Below the pieces are notes generated by a model. It was not told the origin of the DNA, searched no databases, and was given only the letters and a program-made list of their open reading frames with translations. The position numbers and the translations under genes were made by a program. This document shows positions 9,474 to 18,901 of a DNA stretch of 64,000 nucleotides, piece by piece (positions within the stretch are counted from its first letter, which is position 1; the number at the start of each line of letters is the position of its first letter). The DNA is from Candidatus Lustribacter sp. (lineage in GTDB: Bacteria > Vulcanimicrobiota > Vulcanimicrobiia > Vulcanimicrobiales > Vulcanimicrobiaceae), in NCBI GenBank assembly GCA_965277805.1, contig OZ255842.1, positions 2,176,001 through 2,240,000 of the forward strand. Direction: 5' to 3'.

Positions 9474-11024
9474 ATGAATGGAGCCGAAAGCCTGGTCGCG
9501 ACGCTGGTGGACAGCGGCGTCGACATCTGCTTTGCCAATCCCGGAACATCGGAGATGCATTTCCTTGCAGCACTCGAGAACCCGCGCATGCGCAGCGTGC
9601 TCGGTCTCTTCGAAGGCGTGGTCACCGGCGCAGCCGACGGCTACTACCGGATGCGCGACACCCCGGCGGCGACATTGCTCCACTTGGGCCCGGGGCTTGC
9701 GAACGGTCTCGCCAACATCCACAACGCGCGACGTGCGTCGTCGGCAATGGTGAACATCGTCGGCGATCATTCCTCCGCGCACCTCACCTACGATCCCCCG
9801 CTCGCTTCCGACATCGAAGGCATCGCGCGCCCGCTCAGTCATTGGGTGCGCCGCTCGGCAAACGCGCGCTCGGTGGCCGCCGACGCCGCTATCGCGATCG
9901 ACGTCGCCTCGCAGTATACCGGCAAAATCGCAACGTTGATTCTGCCCGGCGATGCGTCATGGCAAGATGCAGGGCCCTATGTGGCGCCGGTACACACGAA
10001 GCGCATGCACAAGGTGCCGGATCCCGCGCGCATCGACGCGATCGCACGCGCCCTGCGTTCGGGCGAGCCGACGATGCTGATCCTCGCCGGCAAAGCCGCG
10101 CGCGGCCGCGCGCTCGAACTGGCCGGCCGCATCGCAGCTAAAACGGGCTGCCGCTTGGGCACGCAGTTCTTCACCTCGCGTATCGAGCGCGGCGCCGGAC
10201 GCGTGCCGCTCGAACGCATTCCCTACGCCGTCGCGCAGGCCACCGCGTTCCTCAAAGACTTCAAGCAACTGATCACGGTAGAAACGACCGAACCGATCGC
10301 CTTCTTCAGCTATCCCAATAAGCCGAGCCAGATGAAGGCGCCGGGAACCGCGGTCCTGCCGCTGCTCGATATCGGCGAAGAAAGCGAACTCGCACTGGAA
10401 ATGCTGGCCGACGCACTCGATGCGCGCGGGACCGAGCCCGCGATTCAAGCGCGTGAACTGACGCCGCCCCCGACGGGCGCCCTCAATCCGATCAGCATCG
10501 CGTACGCGCTCTCGGCCGCCATCCCGGAGAACTGCATCGTGGTCGACGAGTCGCTCACGACCGGCCGCGAAACGATGGGATATACCATGGGCGCCGCGCC
10601 GCACGACCTGATCAACAACATGGGCGGCTCGATCGGCTACGGAACGCCGGTCGCCACCGGCGCGGCGGTTGCGTGTCCCGACCGCAAGGTCTTCTGCATG
10701 GTCGGCGACGGCAGCGCGATGTACACGATCCAATCGCTGTGGACGCAGGCGCGCGAGAGCCTCGACGTCACCACCATCATCTTCGCCAACAACACCTACA
10801 ACATTCTCAAAGCAGAATACACCAACATGGGCGCCGGCACGGGCACGCCCGGTCCGCGCGCGCTCTCGATGATCGACATCGACGGCCCGAGCATCGACTG
10901 GCGCGCCATGGCCAAAAGCATGGGCGTCCCGTCCGTATCCGTCGACACCGCCGAAGCCTTCACCACCGCCATGCAAAACTCGGCCCGCGAACGCGGCCCC
11001 AACCTAATCGAAGTAAAACTCTAA
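9474..11024 (+). CDS. ThDP-dependent enzyme, acetolactate synthase large subunit-like
   Basis: FANPGTSEMHF, LFEGVVTGAADGY, GDGSAMY...N ThDP motif. Confidence 0.9.
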   Translation: MNGAESLVATLVDSGVDICFANPGTSEMHFLAALENPRMRSVLGLFEGVVTGAADGYYRMRDTPAATLLHLGPGLANGLANIHNARRASSAMVNIVGDHSSAHLTYDPPLASDIEGIARPLSHWVRRSANARSVAADAAIAIDVASQYTGKIATLILPGDASWQDAGPYVAPVHTKRMHKVPDPARIDAIARALRSGEPTMLILAGKAARGRALELAGRIAAKTGCRLGTQFFTSRIERGAGRVPLERIPYAVAQATAFLKDFKQLITVETTEPIAFFSYPNKPSQMKAPGTAVLPLLDIGEESELALEMLADALDARGTEPAIQARELTPPPTGALNPISIAYALSAAIPENCIVVDESLTTGRETMGYTMGAAPHDLINNMGGSIGYGTPVATGAAVACPDRKVFCMVGDGSAMYTIQSLWTQARESLDVTTIIFANNTYNILKAEYTNMGAGTGTPGPRALSMIDIDGPSIDWRAMAKSMGVPSVSVDTAEAFTTAMQNSARERGPNLIEVKL

Positions 11025-11042
11025 CACCGAACACATTTTTTT

Positions 11043-11090
11043 TGTCATCCCGAGCGGAGCGCCGAATGGCGCGGAGACGAGGGACCGCCA
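11043..11090 (+). repeat. REP-like palindrome, long form
   Basis: TGTCATCCCGAGC-GGAGCGCC-GAAT-GGCGCGG-AGACGAGGGACCGCC; shares ends with six other copies. Confidence 0.85.
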
Positions 11091-11118
11091 CAATGCCGAA
11101 AGCCAGAGGAACACACGC

Positions 11119-12015
11119 ATGAACCCCACCGCAACCGAAGCCCTCGTCCTGCGCACAAACCTCGCCGACGCCCCGCAAGTCAAAGCGATGAAAGACGGCC
11201 GCGTAACATCGAGCGTGGTCAAGCTAAACTACTGTGGCCCCAAACAAGCTCACGACGGCTTCAAGGACATGATCCGCCGTAACGCCTACGACGCGGGTGA
11301 ACTCGCGCTCGTCACGTACCTCCAAGCCAAAGCATACGGCAAACCATTCGTACTGCTGCCGACGCCGATGTCCGGCCGCTTCCAACACCACTGTGCGGGC
11401 TTCAACATCGACTACGGGCACCTCGACCCGAAAGACATCGAAGGCAAGAACGTCGGCGTGCGCACGTACGCGCAGACGACGGCGCTCTGGATCCGCGGTA
11501 TCCTGCGCCACGAGTACGGCGTCGATCTCGATAAGGTCACCTGGATGACGCTCGATGAGGGACACCTCGAAGAATATACCGATCCGCCGAACTGCGTGCG
11601 CCTGCCGAAGGGTTCGTCGATCCCGCAAATGATGCTCGACGGTGAGCTCGCCGCCGCACTGCTCGGCGTCGACATGCCCGACGATCCGCGCGTGCGCACG
11701 CTCGTGCCCGAGCCGATGAAGGCCGCTAGAGCTTGGTACGAGCGCGAGGGCGTGGTGCCGATCAACCACATGTTCGCCGTCCACCAAGACATCTCGAAGA
11801 ACCGCCCCGACGTGGTGCGCGAGATCTTCCGCATGATCGTCGAGAGCCGCAACCTCACCGAAGGCGGCCTGCCCGATCCGTTCCCGCCGATCGGCCTCGA
11901 AGCGAACCGCAAAGGGTTGCAAATGGCAATCGACTGGTCGCTCGATCAAAAGATTATTCCGAAGCGCTTGAGCGTCGATGAACTCTTCGACGACGTCACG
12001 GGGAGTCTCGCTTGA
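11119..12015 (+). CDS. Second 4,5-dihydroxyphthalate decarboxylase-like (OphC family) protein
   Basis: YDAGELA, DIEGKNVGVRTYAQTTALWIRGIL, VPINHMFAV; paralog of 2157-3143. Confidence 0.75.
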   Translation: MNPTATEALVLRTNLADAPQVKAMKDGRVTSSVVKLNYCGPKQAHDGFKDMIRRNAYDAGELALVTYLQAKAYGKPFVLLPTPMSGRFQHHCAGFNIDYGHLDPKDIEGKNVGVRTYAQTTALWIRGILRHEYGVDLDKVTWMTLDEGHLEEYTDPPNCVRLPKGSSIPQMMLDGELAAALLGVDMPDDPRVRTLVPEPMKAARAWYEREGVVPINHMFAVHQDISKNRPDVVREIFRMIVESRNLTEGGLPDPFPPIGLEANRKGLQMAIDWSLDQKIIPKRLSVDELFDDVTGSLA

Positions 12016-13166
12016 TGCGGAATCTTTCGCGCCGCGAATTCTCGCTCGCCCTCAGCGCGACCGCGCTTACCGCGGCGCTGCCGATGCCGGCTTTCGCGGC
12101 CACCGGACCCGCCTCGGACTTCGTTTACATCGGCATGCACGGCACGCAAATTACGCTCGCGCGCTTCAATCCGCAGACCGGCGAGCTCTCGCTCAGCGGT
12201 CCGGCCGCGACGATGCCGAGCCCAACGTGGAGCGTGCTCCATCCGCGGATGCCGGTGATCTATTACGTGAGCGAAATCGGCAACGACGGCAAGTCGGACG
12301 GCGCCGTCTGGTCGTTCCGCGTGAACCGCGCGACCGGCGAACTGACCAAGATCAACCAATCCGACGCCGGCGGGGGCGGAACGACGTTTTTGTATCTCGA
12401 CGCGCCCTCGCTAACGCTGCTTACGACCAACTTCGGCAGCGGTTCCACCGCCAGCTTTGCGATCGGCGCCGACGGCAGCCTTTCGCCGCGAACGTCGCTC
12501 GTCACGGAGACGGGATCCGGACCGAACGTGCGCCAGAAGAGCGCGCACGCGCACAGCGTCATCGTCGATCCGACCGGCCGCTTCGCGCTCGTCGCCGACC
12601 TCGGCACCGATAAGGTGTACAGCTACGCATTCGATCGCAAGACGCGCTCGCTGAAGCAAGATCCGCACGGTGAGTACGCATTGCCGCCGGGATCCGGACC
12701 GCGCCACGTGAGTTTCCACCCCAGCGGCCGCGTCGCGTACGTCTTTTGCGAATTGACGGCCGATTTGCAAACGGCCCGCTGGGACGCCCGCGCCGGCAAA
12801 CTTTCGCTTGCGCAAACGACCTCGACCAACTCAGCGGATTTCAAAGGCAAGAGTTCGATTGCGGAGATCGCCGTGAGCCGCGACGGCCGTTTCGTGTACG
12901 TCTCCAATCGCGGTGAGAACACGCTCGTGTCCTACAGCGTCAATCCCGCCACCGGCGAACTCACATTTCTCCAGCGCTTGCCTTCGGGCGGCGACCCGTG
13001 GAGCTTCACCATTCACCCGACCGGACGCTGGATGCTCGTCGCAAACGAACATACAAACAAAGTGCAAGTCATCGCCATCGACACCGCCACGGGGAAAATG
13101 ACCGATACCGGCGCCGTCATCACCACGCCCACGCCTGTGAGCATCAGCTTCGTCGCATCCGTATGA
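12015..13166 (+). CDS. Tat-exported 7-bladed lactonase (Pgl/cycloisomerase 2 family)
   Basis: SRREF Tat motif; HAHS, ADLGTD, GSGPRH, YVSNRG motifs. Confidence 0.88.
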   Translation: MRNLSRREFSLALSATALTAALPMPAFAATGPASDFVYIGMHGTQITLARFNPQTGELSLSGPAATMPSPTWSVLHPRMPVIYYVSEIGNDGKSDGAVWSFRVNRATGELTKINQSDAGGGGTTFLYLDAPSLTLLTTNFGSGSTASFAIGADGSLSPRTSLVTETGSGPNVRQKSAHAHSVIVDPTGRFALVADLGTDKVYSYAFDRKTRSLKQDPHGEYALPPGSGPRHVSFHPSGRVAYVFCELTADLQTARWDARAGKLSLAQTTSTNSADFKGKSSIAEIAVSRDGRFVYVSNRGENTLVSYSVNPATGELTFLQRLPSGGDPWSFTIHPTGRWMLVANEHTNKVQVIAIDTATGKMTDTGAVITTPTPVSISFVASV

Positions 13167-14698
13167 TTCAAGCCGTCGATCCCGCCACGGGCCAAGCGCT
13201 GGAGCCCCCCTACGCCACCTCGAGCAGCGCCGACGTCGCCGCAGCATGCATCCGCGCAGCGGCGGCGTTCGAGGCCTACCGCGAACTGGCACCCGAAACG
13301 CGCGCAACGTTTCTGGAGACGATCGCGACCGCTCTCGAAGCGCGCGGTGACGACCTCATCGTGCGCGCGATGGCCGAGAGCGGCTTGCCGCGCGCGCGTC
13401 TCGCCGGCGAGCTCGGCCGCACCAGCGGCCAGTTTCGGTTGTTCGCGCGCGTCGTGCGCGAGGGCGCGTGGGCCGGCGTCGTGATGGACAAGCCGCTGCC
13501 CGATCGCCAGCCGCTGCCTCGTCCGGATCTACGTCAGCGCAAAATCGCGCTCGGCCCGGTTGCGGTCTTCGGTGCGTCGAACTTCCCGCTCGCGTTCTCG
13601 GCCGCCGGTGGCGATACGGCATCCGCACTCGCAGCCGGCTGCCCGGTCGTGGTCAAGGGACATCCCGCACATCCCGGTACGTCTGCACTCGCCGGCGACG
13701 CGATCCGTGAAGCCGTCGTAACGTGCAAACTTCCGGACGGCGTCTTCTCGTTGCTGCAGGGCGCATCGAACGAACTCGGCGCAGCTCTCGTCGCGGATCC
13801 GTACATCAAAGCCGTCGGCTTCACCGGCTCGCGCGCCGGCGGCCTCGCTCTCGTCGCCATCGCGCAGCACCGCCCCGAACCGATCCCCGTCTACGCCGAA
13901 ATGTCGAGCGTCAACCCGGTCATCCTGTTACCCGCCGCACTGAACGCACGCGCCGAAGCCATCGCCAAAAGCTACGTCGCCTCCCTCACCGCAGGCGCCG
14001 GCCAATTCTGCACCAACCCCGGCATCGTCTTCGCAATAACGGGCCCACACCTAGACCGCTTCATCACCGCCGCCGCCGAAGCATTAGCCGCGATCCCCCC
14101 GCAAGTAATGCTGACCGCCGCCATCCACGCCAACTACACCACCCGCATCACCAACCTAAAATCAACCCCCGGCACCACCCTCGTGGCCCCCTGTCATCCC
14201 GAGCTTGTCGAGGGACCGCAACTATCTTCATCACAAGCCACACTCGCCGGAGCCGCGCTCTTCACCACCGACGCGCAAAGCTTCCGCGCCAACCCCGAAC
14301 TCGCACACGAAGTCTTCGGCGCCTCATCCCTAATCGTACGCTGCGCAAACCTCGAAGAGATCGCCGCCTGCATCAAAGGCATGGAAGGCCAACTCACTGC
14401 CACGCTCCAGACGGACGAACCCGATTACCCCGCCGCGCGCACGCTGCTCCCGCTCCTGGAACTGAAGGTCGGCCGCATCCTCATCAACGGTTGGCCGACC
14501 GGCGTGGAAGTCTCCCGCGCCATGGTGCACGGCGGCCCCTACCCCGCAACGTCCGACTCGCGCACCACATCCGTCGGCGCCGCCGCCATCGACCGCTTCC
14601 TCCGCATGGTCTGCTACCAAGACGTCCCCGACGACCTATTACCGCCCCCGCTAAAAACCGCCAACCCCTGGAACATCCCGCAAGCAATCTTCGACTAA
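13163..14698 (+). CDS. NADP-dependent aldehyde dehydrogenase (alpha-ketoglutaric semialdehyde dehydrogenase type)
   Basis: FGASNFPLAFS, GFTGS, YAEMSSVNP, GQFCTNPG, EVFG, GWPTGVEV; ATGA start 13163. Confidence 0.92.
   Translation: MIQAVDPATGQALEPPYATSSSADVAAACIRAAAAFEAYRELAPETRATFLETIATALEARGDDLIVRAMAESGLPRARLAGELGRTSGQFRLFARVVREGAWAGVVMDKPLPDRQPLPRPDLRQRKIALGPVAVFGASNFPLAFSAAGGDTASALAAGCPVVVKGHPAHPGTSALAGDAIREAVVTCKLPDGVFSLLQGASNELGAALVADPYIKAVGFTGSRAGGLALVAIAQHRPEPIPVYAEMSSVNPVILLPAALNARAEAIAKSYVASLTAGAGQFCTNPGIVFAITGPHLDRFITAAAEALAAIPPQVMLTAAIHANYTTRITNLKSTPGTTLVAPCHPELVEGPQLSSSQATLAGAALFTTDAQSFRANPELAHEVFGASSLIVRCANLEEIAACIKGMEGQLTATLQTDEPDYPAARTLLPLLELKVGRILINGWPTGVEVSRAMVHGGPYPATSDSRTTSVGAAAIDRFLRMVCYQDVPDDLLPPPLKTANPWNIPQAIFD
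14192..14219 (+). repeat. REP-like palindrome, short form, in frame inside the aldehyde dehydrogenase
   Basis: TGTCATCCCGAGCTTGTCGAGGGACCGC, identical to the 40214 copy; encodes CHPELVEGP. Confidence 0.88.
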
Positions 14699-15297
14699 CC
14701 CTCTTCCGCAAACACCTCAGCGTACGTTTTGCCGTACGGATAAAACTTGTCTTTCTCACCGGCCTTCCAGGCCGCCGCGACGTCCGCTCGCGACAAATCC
14801 CAATCCCACCGGCACGCTTGCAAGACCGCGCGCAAATCTTGCCGCAGATCCTCCACCGTCGGGCGCCCGAAGAACCAGTACCCATTGTAGATCTTGTGCA
14901 CGACGCGATCCGGCGCGCACACGATCGTATGCGGCACCATCGGATTGTGATCCGGGTCGGTGTACTCCGGAATATCCAGATCCTTTTGCACGATCCGCCG
15001 CGGATCCGAAAGAAACGGCCACGGCGCCGCCACCGCGTTCCGGAACTCGTTCGTCTCGAGCAAATTGTCGGTACTGATCGTCACCATCTTGCAGTAACCC
15101 ACGCCGGGCATCATCTCGCGCCACAGCACCGCGAGCCCCTCGTGCTGCCGGCGATCCTTCGGGCAGTAAGAGCCGCGCGAGAGCACGACGATCATGGGGT
15201 CTTGCCCCTGGATCTCCGAGAGCTTCCGGCGCTTCCCGCTGTGATCCGATAACTCGTAGTCGGGCAGTTGCGATCCAGGGACGATATCTGCGCGCAT
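14695..15297 (-). CDS. Redoxin/AhpC-TSA family protein
   Basis: MRADIVPG..PDYELSD, RGSYCPKD, WPFLSD; GGAGG RBS before ATG 15297. Confidence 0.85.
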   Translation of the reverse strand: MRADIVPGSQLPDYELSDHSGKRRKLSEIQGQDPMIVVLSRGSYCPKDRRQHEGLAVLWREMMPGVGYCKMVTISTDNLLETNEFRNAVAAPWPFLSDPRRIVQKDLDIPEYTDPDHNPMVPHTIVCAPDRVVHKIYNGYWFFGRPTVEDLRQDLRAVLQACRWDWDLSRADVAAAWKAGEKDKFYPYGKTYAEVFAEEG

Positions 15298-15345
15298 ATG
15301 CGCCTCCAAAAGGGCTCGTACGTCGCCGCGTCGATTCGCCATAGA

Positions 15346-15699
15346 ATGATCGAATCCCAGACTCGCGCGCGGACGCTCCTCCTCGCCCTGGCCTTCACCC
15401 TGGTGACGTTCTTCGCCGGCACGACGGTCGCGCGGGCCCAAGCGAACGGCGAGCTGGCCTCGGTCGACGGCCACGTCACGCAGCTCACGATCAGCAGCAT
15501 CGGCGTCCTCAATCCACAGAGCGGCCGGGTCGTTCACTTTCACCTCGAGCCGTACTTCGAAGACTTCTTTGCGCCGAACGACAAGACCCAAATCGACCGG
15601 GACCGTTTACACGTCGGCTCCCCGGTACGGATCTACTTCAATCCGCGCTTCACGACGCGCCGGGCCGTGCGTGTCGTGATGCTCCGCGAACACCGATGA
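15346..15699 (+). CDS. Hypothetical secreted protein
   Basis: Signal-peptide-like N terminus (...ARA|Q), genome-like codon usage, ATGA coupling to next gene. Confidence 0.65.
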   Translation: MIESQTRARTLLLALAFTLVTFFAGTTVARAQANGELASVDGHVTQLTISSIGVLNPQSGRVVHFHLEPYFEDFFAPNDKTQIDRDRLHVGSPVRIYFNPRFTTRRAVRVVMLREHR

Positions 15700-16631
15700 A
15701 GCTCGCGCTGTCGCTCTTGGCAGTTGCGTTCGCACTCGTCGCGGGTGCCGGCCCGGCCGTCTCGCAGACGCAGCTAACAACGATCCGGGTCGCCTCGACG
15801 CCGATCGACGTCGGCGCGGAAGTCTATTACGCGCAGGCACTCGGCATGTTCAAGCAAGCCGGCCTCGACGTGCAGATTCAAAGCATCGACAACGGCGGCG
15901 CGATCGCGGCGGCGGTTGCGGGCGGTGCTGCCGACATCGGCCAATCGAACGTCGTCTCGATCGCGACCGCGTACCAAAAGAAAATTCCCTTTGTGGCGAT
16001 TGCGCCGGCCGGTGCCTATTCGTCAGACCGGCCCACGACCGTACTCGTCGTACTCGCGAACGCACCGTTCAAGACGGCGAAGGATCTCGAAGGCAAGACG
16101 CTCGTCACCAACGGCTTACTGAACATCGCGCAAATCGGCGGCGACGCCTGGCTCGACAAGAACGGTGCCGACTACAAACTCGTGCACTGGGTCGAGCTTC
16201 CCACGACGGCAACCGCCGAGGCGCTGATCAACCACCGTGCCGACGGTGCGATGCTCTCCGAGCCCTCGCTCAGCGCGGCGCTGGCGCTCGGTAACTTCCG
16301 CATCATGGCAACGCCGTACGACGCAATCGGCAAACACTGGCAAATCGGTGCCTGGTTCGCGACCAAAGACTGGGTTGCTGCGCATCCCGATGCGGCGCGC
16401 AAGTTCGTCGCCGTGATGCAACAAGTCGCTCGCTGGGCGAATACCCATCAAACGGAATCGCTGAAGATTCTTAGCGACGCGTCAAAGACCGACTTCCCGA
16501 AGACGATGCGCCGCGCCACCTACGGCGATCAGCTCGACGCAACGCTGTTCCAGCCGGTAATCGACAACTCAGCCAAATACGGCGCGATCTCCGCAGCCTT
16601 CCCTGCAAGCGAGCTGTTCGCTAAACCGTAG
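15696..16631 (+). CDS. NitT/TauT (SsuA/THI5-like) solute-binding protein, orphan
   Basis: Signal peptide; GMFKQAGLDV, AKDLEGKT motifs. Confidence 0.88.
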   Translation: MKLALSLLAVAFALVAGAGPAVSQTQLTTIRVASTPIDVGAEVYYAQALGMFKQAGLDVQIQSIDNGGAIAAAVAGGAADIGQSNVVSIATAYQKKIPFVAIAPAGAYSSDRPTTVLVVLANAPFKTAKDLEGKTLVTNGLLNIAQIGGDAWLDKNGADYKLVHWVELPTTATAEALINHRADGAMLSEPSLSAALALGNFRIMATPYDAIGKHWQIGAWFATKDWVAAHPDAARKFVAVMQQVARWANTHQTESLKILSDASKTDFPKTMRRATYGDQLDATLFQPVIDNSAKYGAISAAFPASELFAKP

Positions 16632-17724
16632 GCGCGTTCGGACGTATCGGTCCGACCGGTGCGTGAACCGAAATGATCGAGCGGTCTCCGATCCACAGCG
16701 CCGGCGGAATCCGCCACCAGCGCGCCATGGCATTCAGCGGCAACGCATAACTCCCGCGCAGCGCCGAAAATTCGTTCCACGCGCCCTCGATCTCGCGCAT
16801 GCGCAGCCCCTTTTCCGCCAGCCGCGTATAGACTTGATCGAACTCCGCCCGCTCGATCCCCGGCGCGCCGCTGAGGTCCTGCTCGAAGCCGTAGTAGTGC
16901 GTATAGTCGCTCACGAGGTGGCGTCCCAACCGTGAGAGCATTTTCGCCGCACCATCGTACCCGACGTCGACGGTCGTGATCACGAGCGTGGATGCATCGA
17001 GAAACGCACCGATCGTGCCGACCCACGACTGATAATCGTGCGTCGAGCGAAAGTACGCAAGCACGGGATACGCCAGGTGCGTTTCCATGATGTCCGCGAT
17101 CCACACTTCCGCGCGCGCGAACGAAGCGCCCAAATCGTCGAGCATGTTTAATTCCACGTGCCGCGCCAGAAAGTCGACTCCCGACGGCGGAGCACCTGTG
17201 CGCTCGCGCATCGTGACGATGAACGCCTCGCGCCGCTGAAATGCCGCAAAGATCGAGAACAAAAACGCCGTCACGATGGCGAACGTTCCCAGCCCGAGTG
17301 CTGCGGCAGTGAGCGACATCGCCCGCGCTAACCCGTGTCTCGCCACGATGTCGCCGTAGCCGAGCGTCAGCAGCGACGTCCCGGCATAGTAGATCGCCGT
17401 CCAGAGCGTTGCCGGCTCGGGCCGTAGTTCCCCGCGTAACGCAAAGAAGATCAGTCCGAAGCCGAAGATCAACGCCACGATCCAGAAGACCAGCAACGTC
17501 ACGAGCAAGAGCGGTGCGAAGACGGCGTAGAGCGTCTCGCGCCGCGCTTCGGAGTTCGTGCGCATGCCGATCATGCCGAAGGCCGACCACCCCGTCCGCG
17601 TGATGAGGGCGCTCGGCCGCCAGCCGTAGGTCGGTCGCGGCACGATGACGCTCATGAACACGTCGGAGGCGATGACAAGAACCACGACGACCCCGGCCAG
17701 CCCGGCGACCAGGTCTAGAAGCAC
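16621..17724 (-). CDS. Potassium channel family protein (2TM pore plus cytoplasmic tail)
   Basis: TSLLTLGYGD selectivity filter flanked by TM helices; HLAYPVLAYFRS tail motif. Confidence 0.85.
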   Translation of the reverse strand: MLLDLVAGLAGVVVVLVIASDVFMSVIVPRPTYGWRPSALITRTGWSAFGMIGMRTNSEARRETLYAVFAPLLLVTLLVFWIVALIFGFGLIFFALRGELRPEPATLWTAIYYAGTSLLTLGYGDIVARHGLARAMSLTAAALGLGTFAIVTAFLFSIFAAFQRREAFIVTMRERTGAPPSGVDFLARHVELNMLDDLGASFARAEVWIADIMETHLAYPVLAYFRSTHDYQSWVGTIGAFLDASTLVITTVDVGYDGAAKMLSRLGRHLVSDYTHYYGFEQDLSGAPGIERAEFDQVYTRLAEKGLRMREIEGAWNEFSALRGSYALPLNAMARWWRIPPALWIGDRSIISVHAPVGPIRPNAPTV

Positions 17725-17725
17725 G

Positions 17726-18901
17726 CTATTTCGTCGGCGGGTACGATGCGATCTCGATGTTCGCGAACTTGCCGTTGACCAGTTGGGTCCGCCGGATGTA
17801 CATGTTCTCGCGCACTTCGCGCGTCTGCGTATCGATCGAGATCGGACCGCGCGGGCTCTCGATGGTGACGCCGCGCAGCGCGTCGATCGTCTTGACCGGG
17901 TCGATCGCGCCCCGTTGCCCGGCGACGCCGCGGTCGATCAGGGTGAGCGCATCAAACGCTTGCACCGCGATAAACGACGGCGCATCATCGGGAATCGGGT
18001 TGGGAATCAACTGCTTGTAGAGCCGCACGTAGTCGCTGTTCAGCTTCGATTTATGATCGACGGTGTAGTTGGACGCCGTCACGACGTCGAGTGCATCCGG
18101 ACCCTCGGCAGCCATTAACTCTTCGGAAATGAGGTCGGCCGTGCCGACTAGCTTCATGTTCGCCTTCAATCCGTTGGTCGAGAACTGCTTCACGACGTTG
18201 ATCGACGACGGTCCGCCGCCCACGAACGCAAACACCGCATCGGCCTTCGAATCCTTTGCGCGCAGCAAATACGCCGAGAAGTCGGTCGTGTCCAGTGGTA
18301 CCGCCACGCTGCCGACGATCTTTCCGCCTGCATCGTTCATCGCTGAAGTCAGCGCCGCGAGCGTATCCGCGCCGCTCGAGTAGTCAGCTACGATCGCGTA
18401 CACGGACTTGATCCGGTTGCGCACGAGCCAGCGCGCCAGCGGCGGACCGAAGTCCGGCGTCAAGTACGACGTGCGGACGGCATAGGGCGCCTTCCCCATG
18501 ATCCCTGGCGAGGTCGCGTTAATGATGAAGTACGGAATCTTCGCTTGCGTCGAGACCTCGCCCATCGCCACCGCTTCCGGCGTCGACGAGCCGCCGACGA
18601 GCACGTCGATCTTCTCCTGAACGATCAGCTCTTGGGCCAGCCGTCGCGCCGTCTCGGGCGCGTGCGCGTCGTCGCGCTTGATCAGCACGACCGGCCGGCC
18701 ACCGATCATGTTGTGGTGCATCGAGAGCCAGGCGTCGAGCGACGCGTTCACCGAACGGCCGAGCGAGGCGCCCGGGCCGCTGAACGACATGATGACGCCG
18801 ATCTTCAACGGCACGGGGGCTTGCGCCGGCGCTTCGCGCGGTAACAGCGCGGCCACGAAGAGTGCGGTCAACGCCGCTACGGCATAGCGCTTAACCGACA
18901 C
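17726..18901 (-). CDS. Branched-chain (LivJ-type) ABC solute-binding protein, orphan
   Basis: LKIGVIMSFSGP, IGGRPV, ESPRGPI motifs; GTG 18901 start inferred. Confidence 0.85.
   Translation of the reverse strand: MSVKRYAVAALTALFVAALLPREAPAQAPVPLKIGVIMSFSGPGASLGRSVNASLDAWLSMHHNMIGGRPVVLIKRDDAHAPETARRLAQELIVQEKIDVLVGGSSTPEAVAMGEVSTQAKIPYFIINATSPGIMGKAPYAVRTSYLTPDFGPPLARWLVRNRIKSVYAIVADYSSGADTLAALTSAMNDAGGKIVGSVAVPLDTTDFSAYLLRAKDSKADAVFAFVGGGPSSINVVKQFSTNGLKANMKLVGTADLISEELMAAEGPDALDVVTASNYTVDHKSKLNSDYVRLYKQLIPNPIPDDAPSFIAVQAFDALTLIDRGVAGQRGAIDPVKTIDALRGVTIESPRGPISIDTQTREVRENMYIRRTQLVNGKFANIEIASYPPTK

Noticed and set aside
11030-11090. Hairpin with T-run as an intrinsic terminator
   Set aside because: The T-run precedes the hairpin on + and reads as an A-run after it on -, so the geometry is wrong in both directions
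13723-15252. 509-aa overlapping ORF and other long antisense or shifted ORFs
   Set aside because: Arg/Pro/His-rich shadow frames expected in GC-rich DNA; they overlap well-supported genes
16621-17724. Potassium channel as a defence-system effector
   Set aside because: No defence-associated neighbours; an ordinary stand-alone channel family
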